Shown here one piece after another: positions 20,310 to 30,757 of a DNA stretch of 64,000 nucleotides. Within the stretch, counting starts at the first letter, position 1. Each line of letters begins with the position of its first letter. The DNA lies in the NCBI GenBank assembly GCA_965249575.1, contig OZ252244.1:2464001-2528000 (forward strand), given 5' to 3'. Both the position numbers and the translations under genes were made by a program. The stretch is from Gemmatimonadales bacterium. Its GTDB lineage: Bacteria; Gemmatimonadota; Gemmatimonadetes; Gemmatimonadales; GWC2-71-9. Under the pieces are notes generated by a model. The model was not told the DNA's origin. It saw nothing but the letters and a program-made list of their open reading frames with translations, and did no database searches.

Positions 20310-21155
20310 CTATCGGTGCCAGGTCCATGCAGGATCCGAAAAATCGACCGCGCGAAACGGGTGGGCTCTTCGTTTATAGTCGGCGACGGGTGTCCAGCGT
20401 CCGGCCCATGCCGCCTCGGCCGCGCCGCGAACAGCTTCGGTGACCTCCGAGAAGCCAACGCGCCTCCCGAGCGCTTCCTCCAAAGATATGGCATGCGGTG
20501 CGATGTAGCTGCCCTTCGCAACGTCGGCGACCACGTTCTGGTGGTTCTTGATGAGAATCGAGCCGTGTTGCAAGAAGGCGGCACCCTCCCGCACCTGGGC
20601 GCTGCCCACAAGCTTGCGCCCCTCCACGGCGATTTCTCCCCTAGCGGGAGATGCGAAGCACGCACCGGCGCTCAAACGCAGCGCTCCCGGCTCGGTGCGC
20701 TCGGTGATGAACGCCCGTATGCCGAGGAGCGTGAGCGCCTTCGCGATCATCTCGTGAATCCGCAGGTAACTCTCTCGCAACCCTCCGGCCGCTGCGACCG
20801 GAGCGGCGACCGCGTACGTCACCTCGTCGTCGTGCCAAACGGCGCGGCCACCAGTGGGCCGTCGGACTGTGTCGAGACCGAGGGACCGGATCTTCGCGAT
20901 GTCGTAGCGAGTGCGGGCCGGCTCGTTCCGACCAAAGGACAGGCATGGCGGTGTCCAACGATAAAGGCGGAGAAATCCGGCTGCACTTGCAGCTGCCTCA
21001 CGAAGGAGCCCGAAGTCCGCCGTCATGTTCTCGGCTCCGGTGCGCCCCACGGGATCGATCTCGAAATACCAGTGCGCCGCAGTGGGACAGTCCGGGCGGG
21101 AATGACGCGAGCCGTCGGATTGGTGCGTCGCGACTCGAGCGGCGGTCCGAGTCAT
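20310..21155 (-). CDS. Lipoate-protein ligase family (LplA/LipM-like catalytic domain)
   Basis: NMTAD, LRLYRW...[29 protein letters not shown]. Confidence 0.85.
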   Translation of the reverse strand: MTRTAARVATHQSDGSRHSRPDCPTAAHWYFEIDPVGRTGAENMTADFGLLREAAASAAGFLRLYRWTPPCLSFGRNEPARTRYDIAKIRSLGLDTVRRPTGGRAVWHDDEVTYAVAAPVAAAGGLRESYLRIHEMIAKALTLLGIRAFITERTEPGALRLSAGACFASPARGEIAVEGRKLVGSAQVREGAAFLQHGSILIKNHQNVVADVAKGSYIAPHAISLEEALGRRVGFSEVTEAVRGAAEAAWAGRWTPVADYKRRAHPFRAVDFSDPAWTWHR

Positions 21156-24040
21156 ACGCTCCGTTCCCTATCTGCCGGCGTGCCGGCGAGCGCCTCGAGA
21201 GACGGGAGGGTGCATTCGAGGTTACGATCGCCATACGCGCCGTCAACACGCGACACGAATGGCCACACTTTGTGCTGGCGTGTCGCCTCTGACGGAAAGA
21301 TAGCCCGCTCCCGCGAGTACGATCGGTCCCACTCCTCCGTTGCGACATCGGCGAGCGTGTGGGGGGCGTTCGAGAGCAGGTTGTTTCCTCGCTCAGCTTT
21401 CCCCTCTTCAATTTCACGGATCTCCTCTCGTATGGCGATCATGGCCTCGCAGAAGCGATCCAACTCCTCCTTCGATTCGCTCTCGGTGGGCTCGATCATC
21501 AAGGTGCCCAGTACGGGAAACGACACCGTCGGCGGGTGAAATCCATAATCGATGAGTCGTTTGGCGATGTCTTCTACGTCGATGCCCGCTGAGCTCTTGA
21601 ACTGGCGAGGATCGATGATGCATTCGTGGGCGATAAGACCGTTGTCGCCGGCATACAAGAGTCGGTAATGGTCGATCAGGCGGTGCGCGACGTAGTTGGC
21701 GTTCAGGATGGCCGCCTTCGTGGCTTCCGTCAGACCGTCAGGTCCCATGAGGGCGATGTACGCCCATGAGATCGTTAGGACGGACGGGCTTCCCCATGGC
21801 GCGGCTGAAATCGTCCCGCACGACTGCTTGTGCCCGAGATCAACAGCCGGGTGGTTCGGCAGGAACGGCTCGAGATGGGCTCCGACTGCGATGGGTCCCA
21901 TTCCCGGCCCGCCGCCACCGTGCGGAATGCAAAAGGTCTTGTGCAGGTTCAAGTGGCAGACGTCGGCGCCTATGTCGCCGGGCCGGCAGAGGCCGACCTG
22001 CGCGTTCAGGTTCGCCCCATCCATGTAGATCTGGCCGCCGGCTTGGTGCACGATGCCGCACATTTCCTTTATCGAGGCCTCGAAGACTCCATGCGTGGAC
22101 GGGTATGTGATCATAAGGGCGGCTAGCGAATCGCGGTTGCCCGCGACTTTCTCGCGTAGGTCGCTGACATCCACGTTCCCGGCCGCGTCGGTTCGAATGG
22201 GAACGACTGTGAGCCCCGCCATGACCGCGCTCGCCGGATTGGTGCCGTGAGCGGACTGTGGGATGAGGCAAACGTTGCGTCTCTCGTGCCCGCGGCTCCG
22301 ATGATACGCGCCGATCACCAGGAGGCCGGCGAATTCCCCCTGGGAGCCGGCGTTGGGTTGCAGCGACACGGCGGGCAGGCCTGTGATTTCGGCCAGGTAT
22401 CGCTCCAGCTCGCCAAAGATGGCCCGGTAGCCATCGTTTTGATCCACTGGTGCGAAGGGGTGCTGGCGTGCAAAGGCTGGCCAGGTCACCGGCATCATCT
22501 CGGTGGTCGCGTTCAGTTTCAACGTGCACGAGCCGAGCGGGATCATGGCCGACGTGAGCGACAGATCGCGATTCTCGAGCTGCTTGAGATAGCGCAGCAT
22601 TTCCGTTTCGGACCGGTACCGGTGGAAAACGGAATGGGTCAGGTACGGGGTGGTGCGCGCGAGCGCGCCGGGGATTGCTCGCGCAGCGGGGGCTGCAAGC
22701 TGGTCAGGTGACGGGCGCGGAGCCTCACCCAGTCCGAAGATCTCGATTAGATCGGCAACGTCGTCCGTCGTCGTCGTCTCATCCAGGGAGATCCCGACGC
22801 GGGCCGGTGTGAGTGGCCGAAGGTTGATCTCCCGCGCGCGCGCGGCCTCGTGCACCCGCGCGATCCGCGCGGCCTCGTGCTCCACGGCGATCGTGTCGAA
22901 GTAGGCATCATGTACCAGGCGATAACCGAGACGGACAACGGCAGCGGCGAGCTGGGTCGTGAGGCGGTGGACGCGCTCCGCGATGGTGCGGAGTCCCTCG
23001 GGACCGTGATACACGGCGTAGAGAGCGGCCACAACGGCGAGCAGGACTTGGGCGGTGCAAATGTTACTGGTGGCTTTCTCTCTTCTGATATGCTGTTCGC
23101 GGGTTTGCAGCGCCATCCGCAAGGCGCGGCGTCGCCCGCGGTCCCGGGAGACGCCGATGATCCGGCCGGGAATGTGACGCTTGTACTCTCCCCTCGTCGC
23201 GAAGAAGGCGGCATGTGGTCCACCGTAACCGAGCGGCACGCCGAAGCGCTGCGAGTTCCCGACAGCGATGTCGGCTCCCCACTCGCCCGGCGGGGCGAGC
23301 AGAGTCAGGCTCAAGAGATCGGTCGCTGCCGTCACGAGTGCGCCCGCCGCGTGCGCGCGATCGCAGACCGACTGGAAGTCGGTGATACTGCCCTCGGTTC
23401 CGGGGTACTGTACGGCGGCCCCTACCGCGCCGCCGCCGAAGTCAAAAGCGTCCGCCGGCATCTTCGCGACCCGGATCCCCCGCGCCTCGGCGCGCGTGGT
23501 CAGGACCGCGATCGTCTGCGGGTGGCACGCCTCGTCAACCAGATAGATCGGAGAGCCGCCCGACTTGGTCACCGCCATGGTCATTGCCATGGCTTCGGCC
23601 ACCGCGGTCGCTTCGTCGAGCAGCGATGCGTTGGCGATTTCGAGCCCGGTCAGGTCGGCTACGACCGTCTGAAAGTTGAGCAACGCCTCCAGCCGTCCCT
23701 GCGCGATCTCCGCCTGGTAGGGCGTGTAGGCGGTGTACCAGCCGGGGTTTTCCAACACATTGCGGAGAATGATGGGCGGAGTGATGCAGTCAGCGTAGCC
23801 GGAGCCCAGGTACGAGCGAAAGACGCGGTTTTGATCCGCAAACGCCGCGAGCGATGCCAACACACTCTGCTCGTCGCGGGCCTCGGGCACGTTGAGCGGG
23901 CGCCGTAACCGAATGTTCTCCGGTACCGCCGCGTCTACGAGCTCGTCGAGAGAGCCGTACCCGAGGGCAGCCACCATGGCTGCAATGTCGCCCGGCCGGG
24001 GACCGATATGGCGAGCCGCGAATCGATCAGCGTGAGACAC
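21152..24040 (-). CDS. gcvP: Glycine dehydrogenase (P protein)
   Basis: [41 protein letters not shown]. Confidence 0.97.
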   Translation of the reverse strand: MSHADRFAARHIGPRPGDIAAMVAALGYGSLDELVDAAVPENIRLRRPLNVPEARDEQSVLASLAAFADQNRVFRSYLGSGYADCITPPIILRNVLENPGWYTAYTPYQAEIAQGRLEALLNFQTVVADLTGLEIANASLLDEATAVAEAMAMTMAVTKSGGSPIYLVDEACHPQTIAVLTTRAEARGIRVAKMPADAFDFGGGAVGAAVQYPGTEGSITDFQSVCDRAHAAGALVTAATDLLSLTLLAPPGEWGADIAVGNSQRFGVPLGYGGPHAAFFATRGEYKRHIPGRIIGVSRDRGRRRALRMALQTREQHIRREKATSNICTAQVLLAVVAALYAVYHGPEGLRTIAERVHRLTTQLAAAVVRLGYRLVHDAYFDTIAVEHEAARIARVHEAARAREINLRPLTPARVGISLDETTTTDDVADLIEIFGLGEAPRPSPDQLAAPAARAIPGALARTTPYLTHSVFHRYRSETEMLRYLKQLENRDLSLTSAMIPLGSCTLKLNATTEMMPVTWPAFARQHPFAPVDQNDGYRAIFGELERYLAEITGLPAVSLQPNAGSQGEFAGLLVIGAYHRSRGHERRNVCLIPQSAHGTNPASAVMAGLTVVPIRTDAAGNVDVSDLREKVAGNRDSLAALMITYPSTHGVFEASIKEMCGIVHQAGGQIYMDGANLNAQVGLCRPGDIGADVCHLNLHKTFCIPHGGGGPGMGPIAVGAHLEPFLPNHPAVDLGHKQSCGTISAAPWGSPSVLTISWAYIALMGPDGLTEATKAAILNANYVAHRLIDHYRLLYAGDNGLIAHECIIDPRQFKSSAGIDVEDIAKRLIDYGFHPPTVSFPVLGTLMIEPTESESKEELDRFCEAMIAIREEIREIEEGKAERGNNLLSNAPHTLADVATEEWDRSYSRERAIFPSEATRQHKVWPFVSRVDGAYGDRNLECTLPSLEALAGTPADRERSV

Positions 24041-24143
24041 GCGCCAGCTCCAGCTCCAGGCTCACGACCGCTGACCGCGGAAAGGAGATGATACCCCGAG
24101 CACCGGCCACGTTTTCCTGCGGCTCGTGTAACGGTTGACGGCG

Positions 24144-24533
24144 CTAATCGCCGACGTGGGCAGCGTAGTCCGACGCGCTGAGGAGCTGGTCGAGCTCGCC
24201 GAGGTCGCCAACCCGCACTTTGATCATCCAACCTTGACCGTACGGATCGGTGTTGATGACACTCGGGTCCTTCTCGAGGGCTTCATTGATCTCGACGACT
24301 TCGCCGGCGACGGGTGAGTACAGTTCGGAAACGGCTTTCACCGCTTCGATGGTTCCGAATACCTCGAGCCGGGTGAACGTCGCGCCGATGCTCGGGAGGT
24401 CGACGTAGACGATGTCACCGAGCTCGCCCTGGGCGTAGTCGGTGATCCCGATCTGTCGGACCTGGGGATCGTCGGTCGCCTTCAGGTACTCGTGTTCTTC
24501 GGTGTAGCGGAGGTCTTCAGGAATCTCAGACAT
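24144..24533 (-). CDS. gcvH: Glycine cleavage H protein
   Basis: GITDYAQ, EAVKA lipoyl lysine, DPYGQGW. Confidence 0.96.
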   Translation of the reverse strand: MSEIPEDLRYTEEHEYLKATDDPQVRQIGITDYAQGELGDIVYVDLPSIGATFTRLEVFGTIEAVKAVSELYSPVAGEVVEINEALEKDPSVINTDPYGQGWMIKVRVGDLGELDQLLSASDYAAHVGD

Positions 24534-24569
24534 GGCCCACGCACGTGATACGAGGTCGTTGGACGGCGT

Positions 24570-24598
24570 AGGTTATGTACAGTCATGTACAGTGTCAA
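24570..24598 (-). promoter_or_regulatory. Sigma70 promoter of gcvH with a TGTACA-N4-TGTACA element in the spacer
   Basis: Minus strand TTGACA-ctgtacatgactgtaca (17 bp)-TAACCT. Confidence 0.7.
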
Positions 24599-25251
24599 GA
24601 ACCGGGTCTGGGACGCAATGACGTGCCGGTAGGTGCATCGCGCTCCCGGTCGGCGGCGCGTTCTTGAATCCTCGTCCAGGCGCGCCAGGCCTCTTCACGG
24701 AGCGCTGCGAGCGTTCCGGCGTTCTCGATGACGATATCGCTTCGGGAGCGCTTGGTGTCGGACGGTAGCTGTGATTCCATCAACCGGTCAGCTTCGGTGC
24801 CCGACAGGCCACGACCCGTGGTGAGCCGCGCGTGACGCACGTCAACGGGCACATCGACCAAAACGACGAGATCGAAAGCGTCCGGGTCCGCCGCCTCAAA
24901 CAGGAGGGGGATGTCGCTCACGACAATGCGGTCACCACGCGCCTCCGCTTCGGCGAGCCGAGCAGCCCGCAGCCGGCGCACCGCGGGATGCACGATGCCG
25001 TTGATTGCGGTCAGTGCTTGTTCGTCACCCATGACGCGGCGGCGCAGCGTCCCGCGATCTAGGGAACCGTCTGACATGACGATGTCGGCTCCGAAGCGCT
25101 CCGCGAGCTTGGCAACCACCGGCGAGCCGGGCTCCTCTACTTCCCGCACCAGCCCGTCGGCGTCGATGAGGGTTGCGCCCCATTCGGCGAACCAGCTCGC
25201 AACGGTCGACTTGCCCGCTGCAACGTTTCCAGTCAAACCAATGCTGAACAT
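24595..25251 (-). CDS. coaE: Dephospho-CoA kinase
   Basis: IGLTGNVAAGKST, IDAD, IVHP, DIPLLFE. Confidence 0.95.
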   Translation of the reverse strand: MFSIGLTGNVAAGKSTVASWFAEWGATLIDADGLVREVEEPGSPVVAKLAERFGADIVMSDGSLDRGTLRRRVMGDEQALTAINGIVHPAVRRLRAARLAEAEARGDRIVVSDIPLLFEAADPDAFDLVVLVDVPVDVRHARLTTGRGLSGTEADRLMESQLPSDTKRSRSDIVIENAGTLAALREEAWRAWTRIQERAADRERDAPTGTSLRPRPGS

Positions 25252-25472
25252 GAGCGGTCGCTGATCGCAGAAGTGTGCCGTGAATATACGAGGCGGTCGC
25301 TACTCTGTGCGCAGCTTCGCCCTCGGCCAACGTGGGAAGCCGTCAGGCCGGCGAATCCGGGGCCGCGCTTGCGGCAGGTGAGGAGCGGCCCATATTGCGG
25401 CGCGTTCGACCGTCGGCAGATAGCTCCGAAGCCAGCGCGGGAAGAGAGGGTGTGTGAGATGGGAGTAGTCCC

Positions 25473-25772
25473 TTGAACAAGGTTGAACTGATCGAGGCGC
25501 TCGCGGGGCGCACCGAGCTCCCGAAGTCGGATGTATCCCGGGTGTTGGAGGCGCTTTTTGCACCGACCGGCATCGTAACGAGCGAACTCCGTAAGGGCGG
25601 GAGGGTCAGGTTCAGCGGGTTCGGCAGTTTTCACAGCCGCACCCGCCCGGCCAGACTCGGACGCGACCCTCGCACTGGCTCCAAGATCCAAATTGGGTCC
25701 TCGACCGTGGCGGTGTTCCGCCCGGCGCAGTCGCTGCGAGACGTGCTGAACCGGCGGGGGTCGTCCAGATAA
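25473..25772 (+). CDS. hup: HU DNA-binding protein
   Basis: MNKVELI, GFGSF, ARLGRDPRTG, FRP. Confidence 0.92.
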   Translation: MNKVELIEALAGRTELPKSDVSRVLEALFAPTGIVTSELRKGGRVRFSGFGSFHSRTRPARLGRDPRTGSKIQIGSSTVAVFRPAQSLRDVLNRRGSSR

Positions 25773-25774
25773 GG

Positions 25775-27175
25775 TTACTGGGCGTCGATGCGCGCTCGCA
25801 CCCGCTTGCCCTTGAGCGTGACACCAGCCAACCGACTGACCGCCCTCGGGGATTCCTCTGCGCGAACCTCGATCAGCGAGAAGCCCTCGCGAATGTCTAC
25901 GCGGCCGATGTGGTTCCTCCTGAGACCGACCGCATTGATGAGTGCGCCGACGACGTCCCCGGGGCGCACGTGATCGCGGCGCCCAACCGAAATCCATACT
26001 CGCGCGAACGTCGGTTCGTCGGGGCCGGGGTCAGCCGCCCGGCTCCCCATGTCCCCTTCTGCGTCTTCGGCTTGTCCCGGGGAGAAGAGTGCTGCGGCGA
26101 CGAGCGCCGGATCGAATTCGTCGAACAGAGGCTCCAGCGCAACCAGCGTCCCGGTGGGGTCCATGCCATCGATGCGCGCTCGGATTTCACGCCGCGACTC
26201 GAAGAATCGCCCGCGGGCTCGATCGGCGGCCCCGGGAAGTCTGAGGAATCTCACCGGCTGGACCAGGCGCTGGAGATAAGGAAGCTGGCGGCCCCGAATC
26301 AGGACCAGCACGTCATTGGCCGCCGCTCCGAGCGTCTCGAGGACCGCGCGGGATGGTAAGTCCAGCGCGATCGCGAGGTCAGCGTGCCGGGCCGGGACGG
26401 CCGGGCCCTCGAGCTGCCTGATCCCCGGCGCGTCGGCGAGGGCGGCCAGCCGGCTCCTGCGCCCAGGGACTGGCTCCCAGAGGACAGCGGACTCGGGATC
26501 CAACACATCGAGCGCGGCGCGCACCGCCTCTGCCCGACGACCTTCGCCGATGATTGTGTATTTTGCGTCGCGGATGGGTGTATCGGGAGGCCGCGACGCG
26601 CGCACCGGCACCGCCCGCCGCGCGTGGCGCTCCAGGAAACCCTCGACCGACCGTTCGTCATCCGTCACGATCAAACGCTGCGCGCCGGTGCACTCCGCGA
26701 GGATAGTGTCGAGCGCGTCGGAATGCTCCCCGCTTGGCCAGACAACCGCGATGCGGTCCAAGGCTTCGAGCTTGAGGCAGGCGTGCCGCAGGAGCTGCAG
26801 CGCGTCATCTGGAGTCGAGGCCAGGGTGCGTACTACACGCCGGCGGAGAAGGCCGGCGGCCCGAGCAATCCCGGTTACCGGGTGGAGGTAGTCGAGTCCC
26901 GGAAGGCCGAATAGTCCTTCGGCTATGTCGACGACGTCCCCAGAGGTCGGAGCGAGGACGAGCATCGCCACGCGGCCTTCCCCATCCAGTGGGGGCAATG
27001 CCTCGAAGAGGGGCGACAACGCCCACCCCGCCGGGGGCGCGGTGTACACGATGTGTTTTCCGGCATGCAACGCCGCTAATTGGCCCGCATCAAACGGCGA
27101 GTCGAACTCCCAAGACACCAGCGCCTCGATTGTCAAAGACTTCAGAGCACTTGAGGATGGTATTCTTACGGCCAT
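25775..27175 (-). CDS. Degenerate DEAD-box-like protein with C-terminal DbpA RNA-binding domain
   Basis: LAPT and STP remnants of motifs Ia/Ib; no GKT or DEAD; C-terminal ISVGRRDHVRPGDVVGAL...IGRVDI...LKGKRV. Confidence 0.75.
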   Translation of the reverse strand: MAVRIPSSSALKSLTIEALVSWEFDSPFDAGQLAALHAGKHIVYTAPPAGWALSPLFEALPPLDGEGRVAMLVLAPTSGDVVDIAEGLFGLPGLDYLHPVTGIARAAGLLRRRVVRTLASTPDDALQLLRHACLKLEALDRIAVVWPSGEHSDALDTILAECTGAQRLIVTDDERSVEGFLERHARRAVPVRASRPPDTPIRDAKYTIIGEGRRAEAVRAALDVLDPESAVLWEPVPGRRSRLAALADAPGIRQLEGPAVPARHADLAIALDLPSRAVLETLGAAANDVLVLIRGRQLPYLQRLVQPVRFLRLPGAADRARGRFFESRREIRARIDGMDPTGTLVALEPLFDEFDPALVAAALFSPGQAEDAEGDMGSRAADPGPDEPTFARVWISVGRRDHVRPGDVVGALINAVGLRRNHIGRVDIREGFSLIEVRAEESPRAVSRLAGVTLKGKRVRARIDAQ

Positions 27176-27356
27176 TGGGCCGCAACCATCGACAGCCAAT
27201 GGAGGCTTTGCGGTGGAGGCGTAGGGGCGTAAGATGCGAAGGGCCCATGCGGCGGGCCGACCCGGTGGCCGACCGCGCAGGGCGATGAATGTGGTGGTGT
27301 GCGGGGCACGGAACCGTGACCGCGAAGACTCGCCCGGGGCAGGGCGGAGGAGCACG

Positions 27357-28592
27357 ATGACGTTGGATTCGATGGCCCTGGCATGTCATCGGGACGAACC
27401 GCGGCGATTCTCGCGCCGACCGCCATGGCGTTGCCTGCGAGCGGCCGCCTTCGGTGTGGGCGTCGCCGCCGTCGCCGCCCATCCTCTCCTCGCGCAGGAG
27501 CGGGCAAGCGCCCGGGACCTGGGCATCGTTGTCGGGGTGCTGGCTCCTGGGCCCCTCAACGCCATCACGGACGTTGTGGGTGTCCGCGTCGGACACGTCA
27601 CGATCAGCCGCGGGGACTCGATCAATACCGGTGTCACCGCAATTCTCCCACACGGCGCCAATATCTTTCGAGAGAAGGTCCCGGCGGCTGCCGTGGTTGG
27701 AAATGGGTTCGGAAAACTGGCCGGGTTTACGCAGGTGCAGGAACTGGGCGAACTCGAGTCGCCGGTGGTGCTCACCTGTACGTTGTGTGTCCCTCGGGTC
27801 GCCGATGCCGTGATGACGTACTTGTTGTCGCTCCCCGGGAACGAAAACGTCCGGTCGGTCAATCCCGTCGTGGGGGAGACCAACGACGGGTTCCTCAATA
27901 AGATCAGAACACGCCCGGTGACAGAACAGGACGTCCTCCGCGCCATAGGGACCGCGAGGGGCGGTCCGGTGACGCAGGGCAGCGTAGGAGCCGGGCGGGG
28001 AACCATAGCCTTCGGGTGGAAGGGGGGCATCGGCAGCTCGAGCAGGGTGCTCCCCAATGCGTACGGAGGGTGGACGATCGGGGTGCTGGTACAGTCGAAC
28101 CACGGAGGCGTCCTGACCATCAATGGTGCACCGGTGGGGGAAGCGCTGGGCAGGGTCCCCATCGGACAGCCTCGGCGCTATCCTCCCGCGGAGCCAGATT
28201 CGGCCGGCCCGCCGGGGGCGGATGAGTCTATTGACGGATCGATCATCATCGTGGTGGCAACCGATGCCCCGCTCACCCATCGCAACCTCGAACGGCTGGC
28301 CCGAAGGGCGCTGCTCGGAATGGGGCGCGGCGGTGCAACGATGTCCAACGGGTCGGGGGACTACGTAATCGGCTTCAGCACGGTACCGGTGACTCGCCGC
28401 TCCTCGGAGCCACAAATTCCGAACGAGGCGATGAGCCCTCTCTTTCAGGCCGTCATCGAAGCAACCGAGGAAGCGATTTACAATTCGATGTTCCTCGCGA
28501 CGACCGTGCGAGGCTATTTGGGAACAATCGAAGCGTTGCCGATCGATTCTGTATTGGCGATCATGAGACGTCATGGCGCGGTGCAGGACTGA
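27357..28592 (+). CDS. DmpA-like P1 (S58) aminopeptidase
   Basis: GPLNAITDV.GVRVGH, GNGFGK, GETNDG, KGGIG, DGSII autoprocessing site; GGAGGAG RBS. Confidence 0.9.
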   Translation: MTLDSMALACHRDEPRRFSRRPPWRCLRAAAFGVGVAAVAAHPLLAQERASARDLGIVVGVLAPGPLNAITDVVGVRVGHVTISRGDSINTGVTAILPHGANIFREKVPAAAVVGNGFGKLAGFTQVQELGELESPVVLTCTLCVPRVADAVMTYLLSLPGNENVRSVNPVVGETNDGFLNKIRTRPVTEQDVLRAIGTARGGPVTQGSVGAGRGTIAFGWKGGIGSSSRVLPNAYGGWTIGVLVQSNHGGVLTINGAPVGEALGRVPIGQPRRYPPAEPDSAGPPGADESIDGSIIIVVATDAPLTHRNLERLARRALLGMGRGGATMSNGSGDYVIGFSTVPVTRRSSEPQIPNEAMSPLFQAVIEATEEAIYNSMFLATTVRGYLGTIEALPIDSVLAIMRRHGAVQD

Positions 28593-28772
28593 CGCCCAGC
28601 CCATGGGGCCGGCGACTTGCCCCGTTCCAACGCTCTCGGGTAGTGTATTGGGATGCCGCTGCGGGGCTGCTTCGGTCCGGGGAGGGCATTCGTCGAGCGA
28701 TCGCATGGCTCGTCACCGCATGCGGTTCGCACTCACGCCGGTGAATATGGGTTCAGAACAGGCACGGCTTTC

Positions 28773-30005
28773 ATGACGACACGCGCGGCGCCCAGCGGGT
28801 TCCAGCGCTCGGAGAATCTCCAATATCTGCGAGCATCCGAGACTGTCTCGATCAGCCAAGAGGCGCAACGGAGGAAAACGGCCGGTGAGGACGTAATCGA
28901 CCTGTCCGCCGGCGAGCCAGACTTCAACACACCGCGGCTAATTGGCGACGCGGGGATCGAAGCAATCAAGCAGGGAAAGACGGGGTACCCGGCGAACGTC
29001 GGTATCCTTGAGCTGCGTGCCGCGGTGGCTCGGCACCTGTCCCTCCTTTCCGGCGGTCGGCCGGTCAATGCAGACCATATCATCGTTTCGACCGGAGCGA
29101 AGCAGTCCATGTTTAACACGTGTTTCTCGCTATTTGGCCCGGGCGATCGCGTCCTCATTCCCACGCCGGCGTGGGTCTCGTACCCGCAGATCGTGCGGCT
29201 CGCCCGCGCGGAGCCAGTGCCGGTGCGAGGAGCGCTCGAGTGGAGTCTCAAGGTGGATGTCGACACCCTGCAGGCCGCCGCGGATGGCCGGACGTGCGGT
29301 TTGCTGTTGTGCTCCCCCATGAACCCGACGGGTGCGGTCTATTCACATGCCGAGCTCAAGAGCATCCTCGAATGGGCAGCCGAGCGGGAGATCTGGGTGC
29401 TTGCCGACGAGATCTACCGCCGCATTCATTATGGATCGGGACCGGCTCCCTCGGTTTTGGATCTCCCGGACGAGCTGCTGAGCCGTGTAGTGGTGATCTA
29501 TGGCGCGAGCAAGGCATACGCGATGACGGGGTGGCGCATCGGCGTGGCGCTAGCCCCGCAGGCAGTCGCCAAGGCGATAGGGGCGCTTCAAAGCCACGTG
29601 ACCAGCGGCGCGTCCCATCCAGCACAGTGGGCCGCGGCGACCGCGTTCGCCGACGAGCGTGTGGAGGCCGATGTCGCGCGGATGGTCGGCGAGTTCAGGC
29701 AGCGGCGGGATTTGATTGTGTCGTTCTTCAGACGCGTGCTCCCGGGGGTCGAATTCGTCGAGCCCCTCGGCGCGTTTTACTTCTTCTTCCGCGTCGACAG
29801 CTTCTTCGGGGGAGAAATCGGGGGCGCGGTGCGGTTTTGTGAGAGCCTCATGGCTGAAGAGGGCGTCGCCATCGTCCCGGGCGAAGCGTTTGGCGACAAG
29901 CGTTGGGTACGGCTGTCGTTCGCAGCATCCGAAAAGAACATTTCACAGGCGCTGGAGCGAATCGCTCGGTTCGCGGGCCGGCTGGAAGCCGCCGCCTCGA
30001 CGTAG
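28773..30005 (+). CDS. aspC: Class I PLP aminotransferase (aspartate aminotransferase)
   Basis: GEPDF, NPTG, DEIY, SKAYAMTGWRIG. Confidence 0.88.
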   Translation: MTTRAAPSGFQRSENLQYLRASETVSISQEAQRRKTAGEDVIDLSAGEPDFNTPRLIGDAGIEAIKQGKTGYPANVGILELRAAVARHLSLLSGGRPVNADHIIVSTGAKQSMFNTCFSLFGPGDRVLIPTPAWVSYPQIVRLARAEPVPVRGALEWSLKVDVDTLQAAADGRTCGLLLCSPMNPTGAVYSHAELKSILEWAAEREIWVLADEIYRRIHYGSGPAPSVLDLPDELLSRVVVIYGASKAYAMTGWRIGVALAPQAVAKAIGALQSHVTSGASHPAQWAAATAFADERVEADVARMVGEFRQRRDLIVSFFRRVLPGVEFVEPLGAFYFFFRVDSFFGGEIGGAVRFCESLMAEEGVAIVPGEAFGDKRWVRLSFAASEKNISQALERIARFAGRLEAAAST

Positions 30006-30029
30006 ATCGAGAGCGAATCGAGCCGAACG

Positions 30030-30536
30030 ATGGGTCTTGCTGCCCATATCGAGCCCCTGAAAGGCGAGCTTCCGCGAATTCCCTTCAGGTGGGACCCGGA
30101 AACCGAGATCCTTTCGGGCGAGTTCAAGCTCTCCGGTTCGGCGAAGGGACTAACGGGTTCGATCGAGCTCGCGGGCTCGGACGGATCCTTCGTCCTCCTC
30201 GACGTGGAGTCCGGCGCGTTACGCGGCGTGGAAGTCGTGGTCTGGCCGGAATCGGACATCGTGGACGGCCTGACGCCGCCAGCGGTCGACGAACGAGGCC
30301 GCCTCATCATCCCGAGCCGGGCGTCGCAACCGGGGATCGCCGCGGTTGAAGTCGATGCGGTTCTGTCTGCCCGGAGAAGTGCGGATGAATCCGTGATTCA
30401 TCTCCGATCCGGACCGTACCGCAGCGTCAAGCCCGTCCATCTCGCCGATAACCTGATCGCGGAGATCGACGGGGCGGGTGAGATCGCGGGGTTCTGGTTA
30501 CTGAACGTCCCTCCGTTTCCGAAGCCGGAGATCTAG
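30030..30536 (+). CDS. Hypothetical protein
   Basis: Operonic ORF; two similar beta-rich halves (LLDVESGALRGVE / AEIDGAGEIAGFW). Confidence 0.7.
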   Translation: MGLAAHIEPLKGELPRIPFRWDPETEILSGEFKLSGSAKGLTGSIELAGSDGSFVLLDVESGALRGVEVVVWPESDIVDGLTPPAVDERGRLIIPSRASQPGIAAVEVDAVLSARRSADESVIHLRSGPYRSVKPVHLADNLIAEIDGAGEIAGFWLLNVPPFPKPEI

Positions 30537-30548
30537 GGAGAGATACTC

Positions 30549-30757
30549 GTGAGATTGGGCCGCGCGACACGCGTGGCCGCCTCGGTCGGTGTGGCGGCCA
30601 TCTCTGCGGTTAGCTCTTGTCGGGACACCTTGCCGACCTGGTCATCCTCTCGGGAGATCTCCTGACGATGTCGCCACCATCGGTCGAACCCATCGAAGTG
30701 ATCTGCACAACGATAGATGGACGCCGGATCTATGCTTATGGCACCAGGCCCGCCTGA
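30549..30757 (+). pseudogene. Amidohydrolase-3-like remnant: signal peptide plus extreme C-terminus only
   Basis: GTG 30549 reads MRLGRATRVAASVGVAAISAVSSC; the shifted frame at 30629-30757 reads LADLVILSGDLLTM...IEVICTTIDGRRIY. Confidence 0.65.

Noticed and set aside
24041..24143. Glycine riboswitch between gcvH and gcvP
   Set aside because: Only a weak stem; the conserved aptamer motifs were not found
27090..28706. Long antisense ORFs (538 aa here; also 8999-10159, 20316-21539, 22850-23908, 36749-37918)
   Set aside because: Shadow ORFs opposite well-supported genes, Arg/Pro-rich and without motifs
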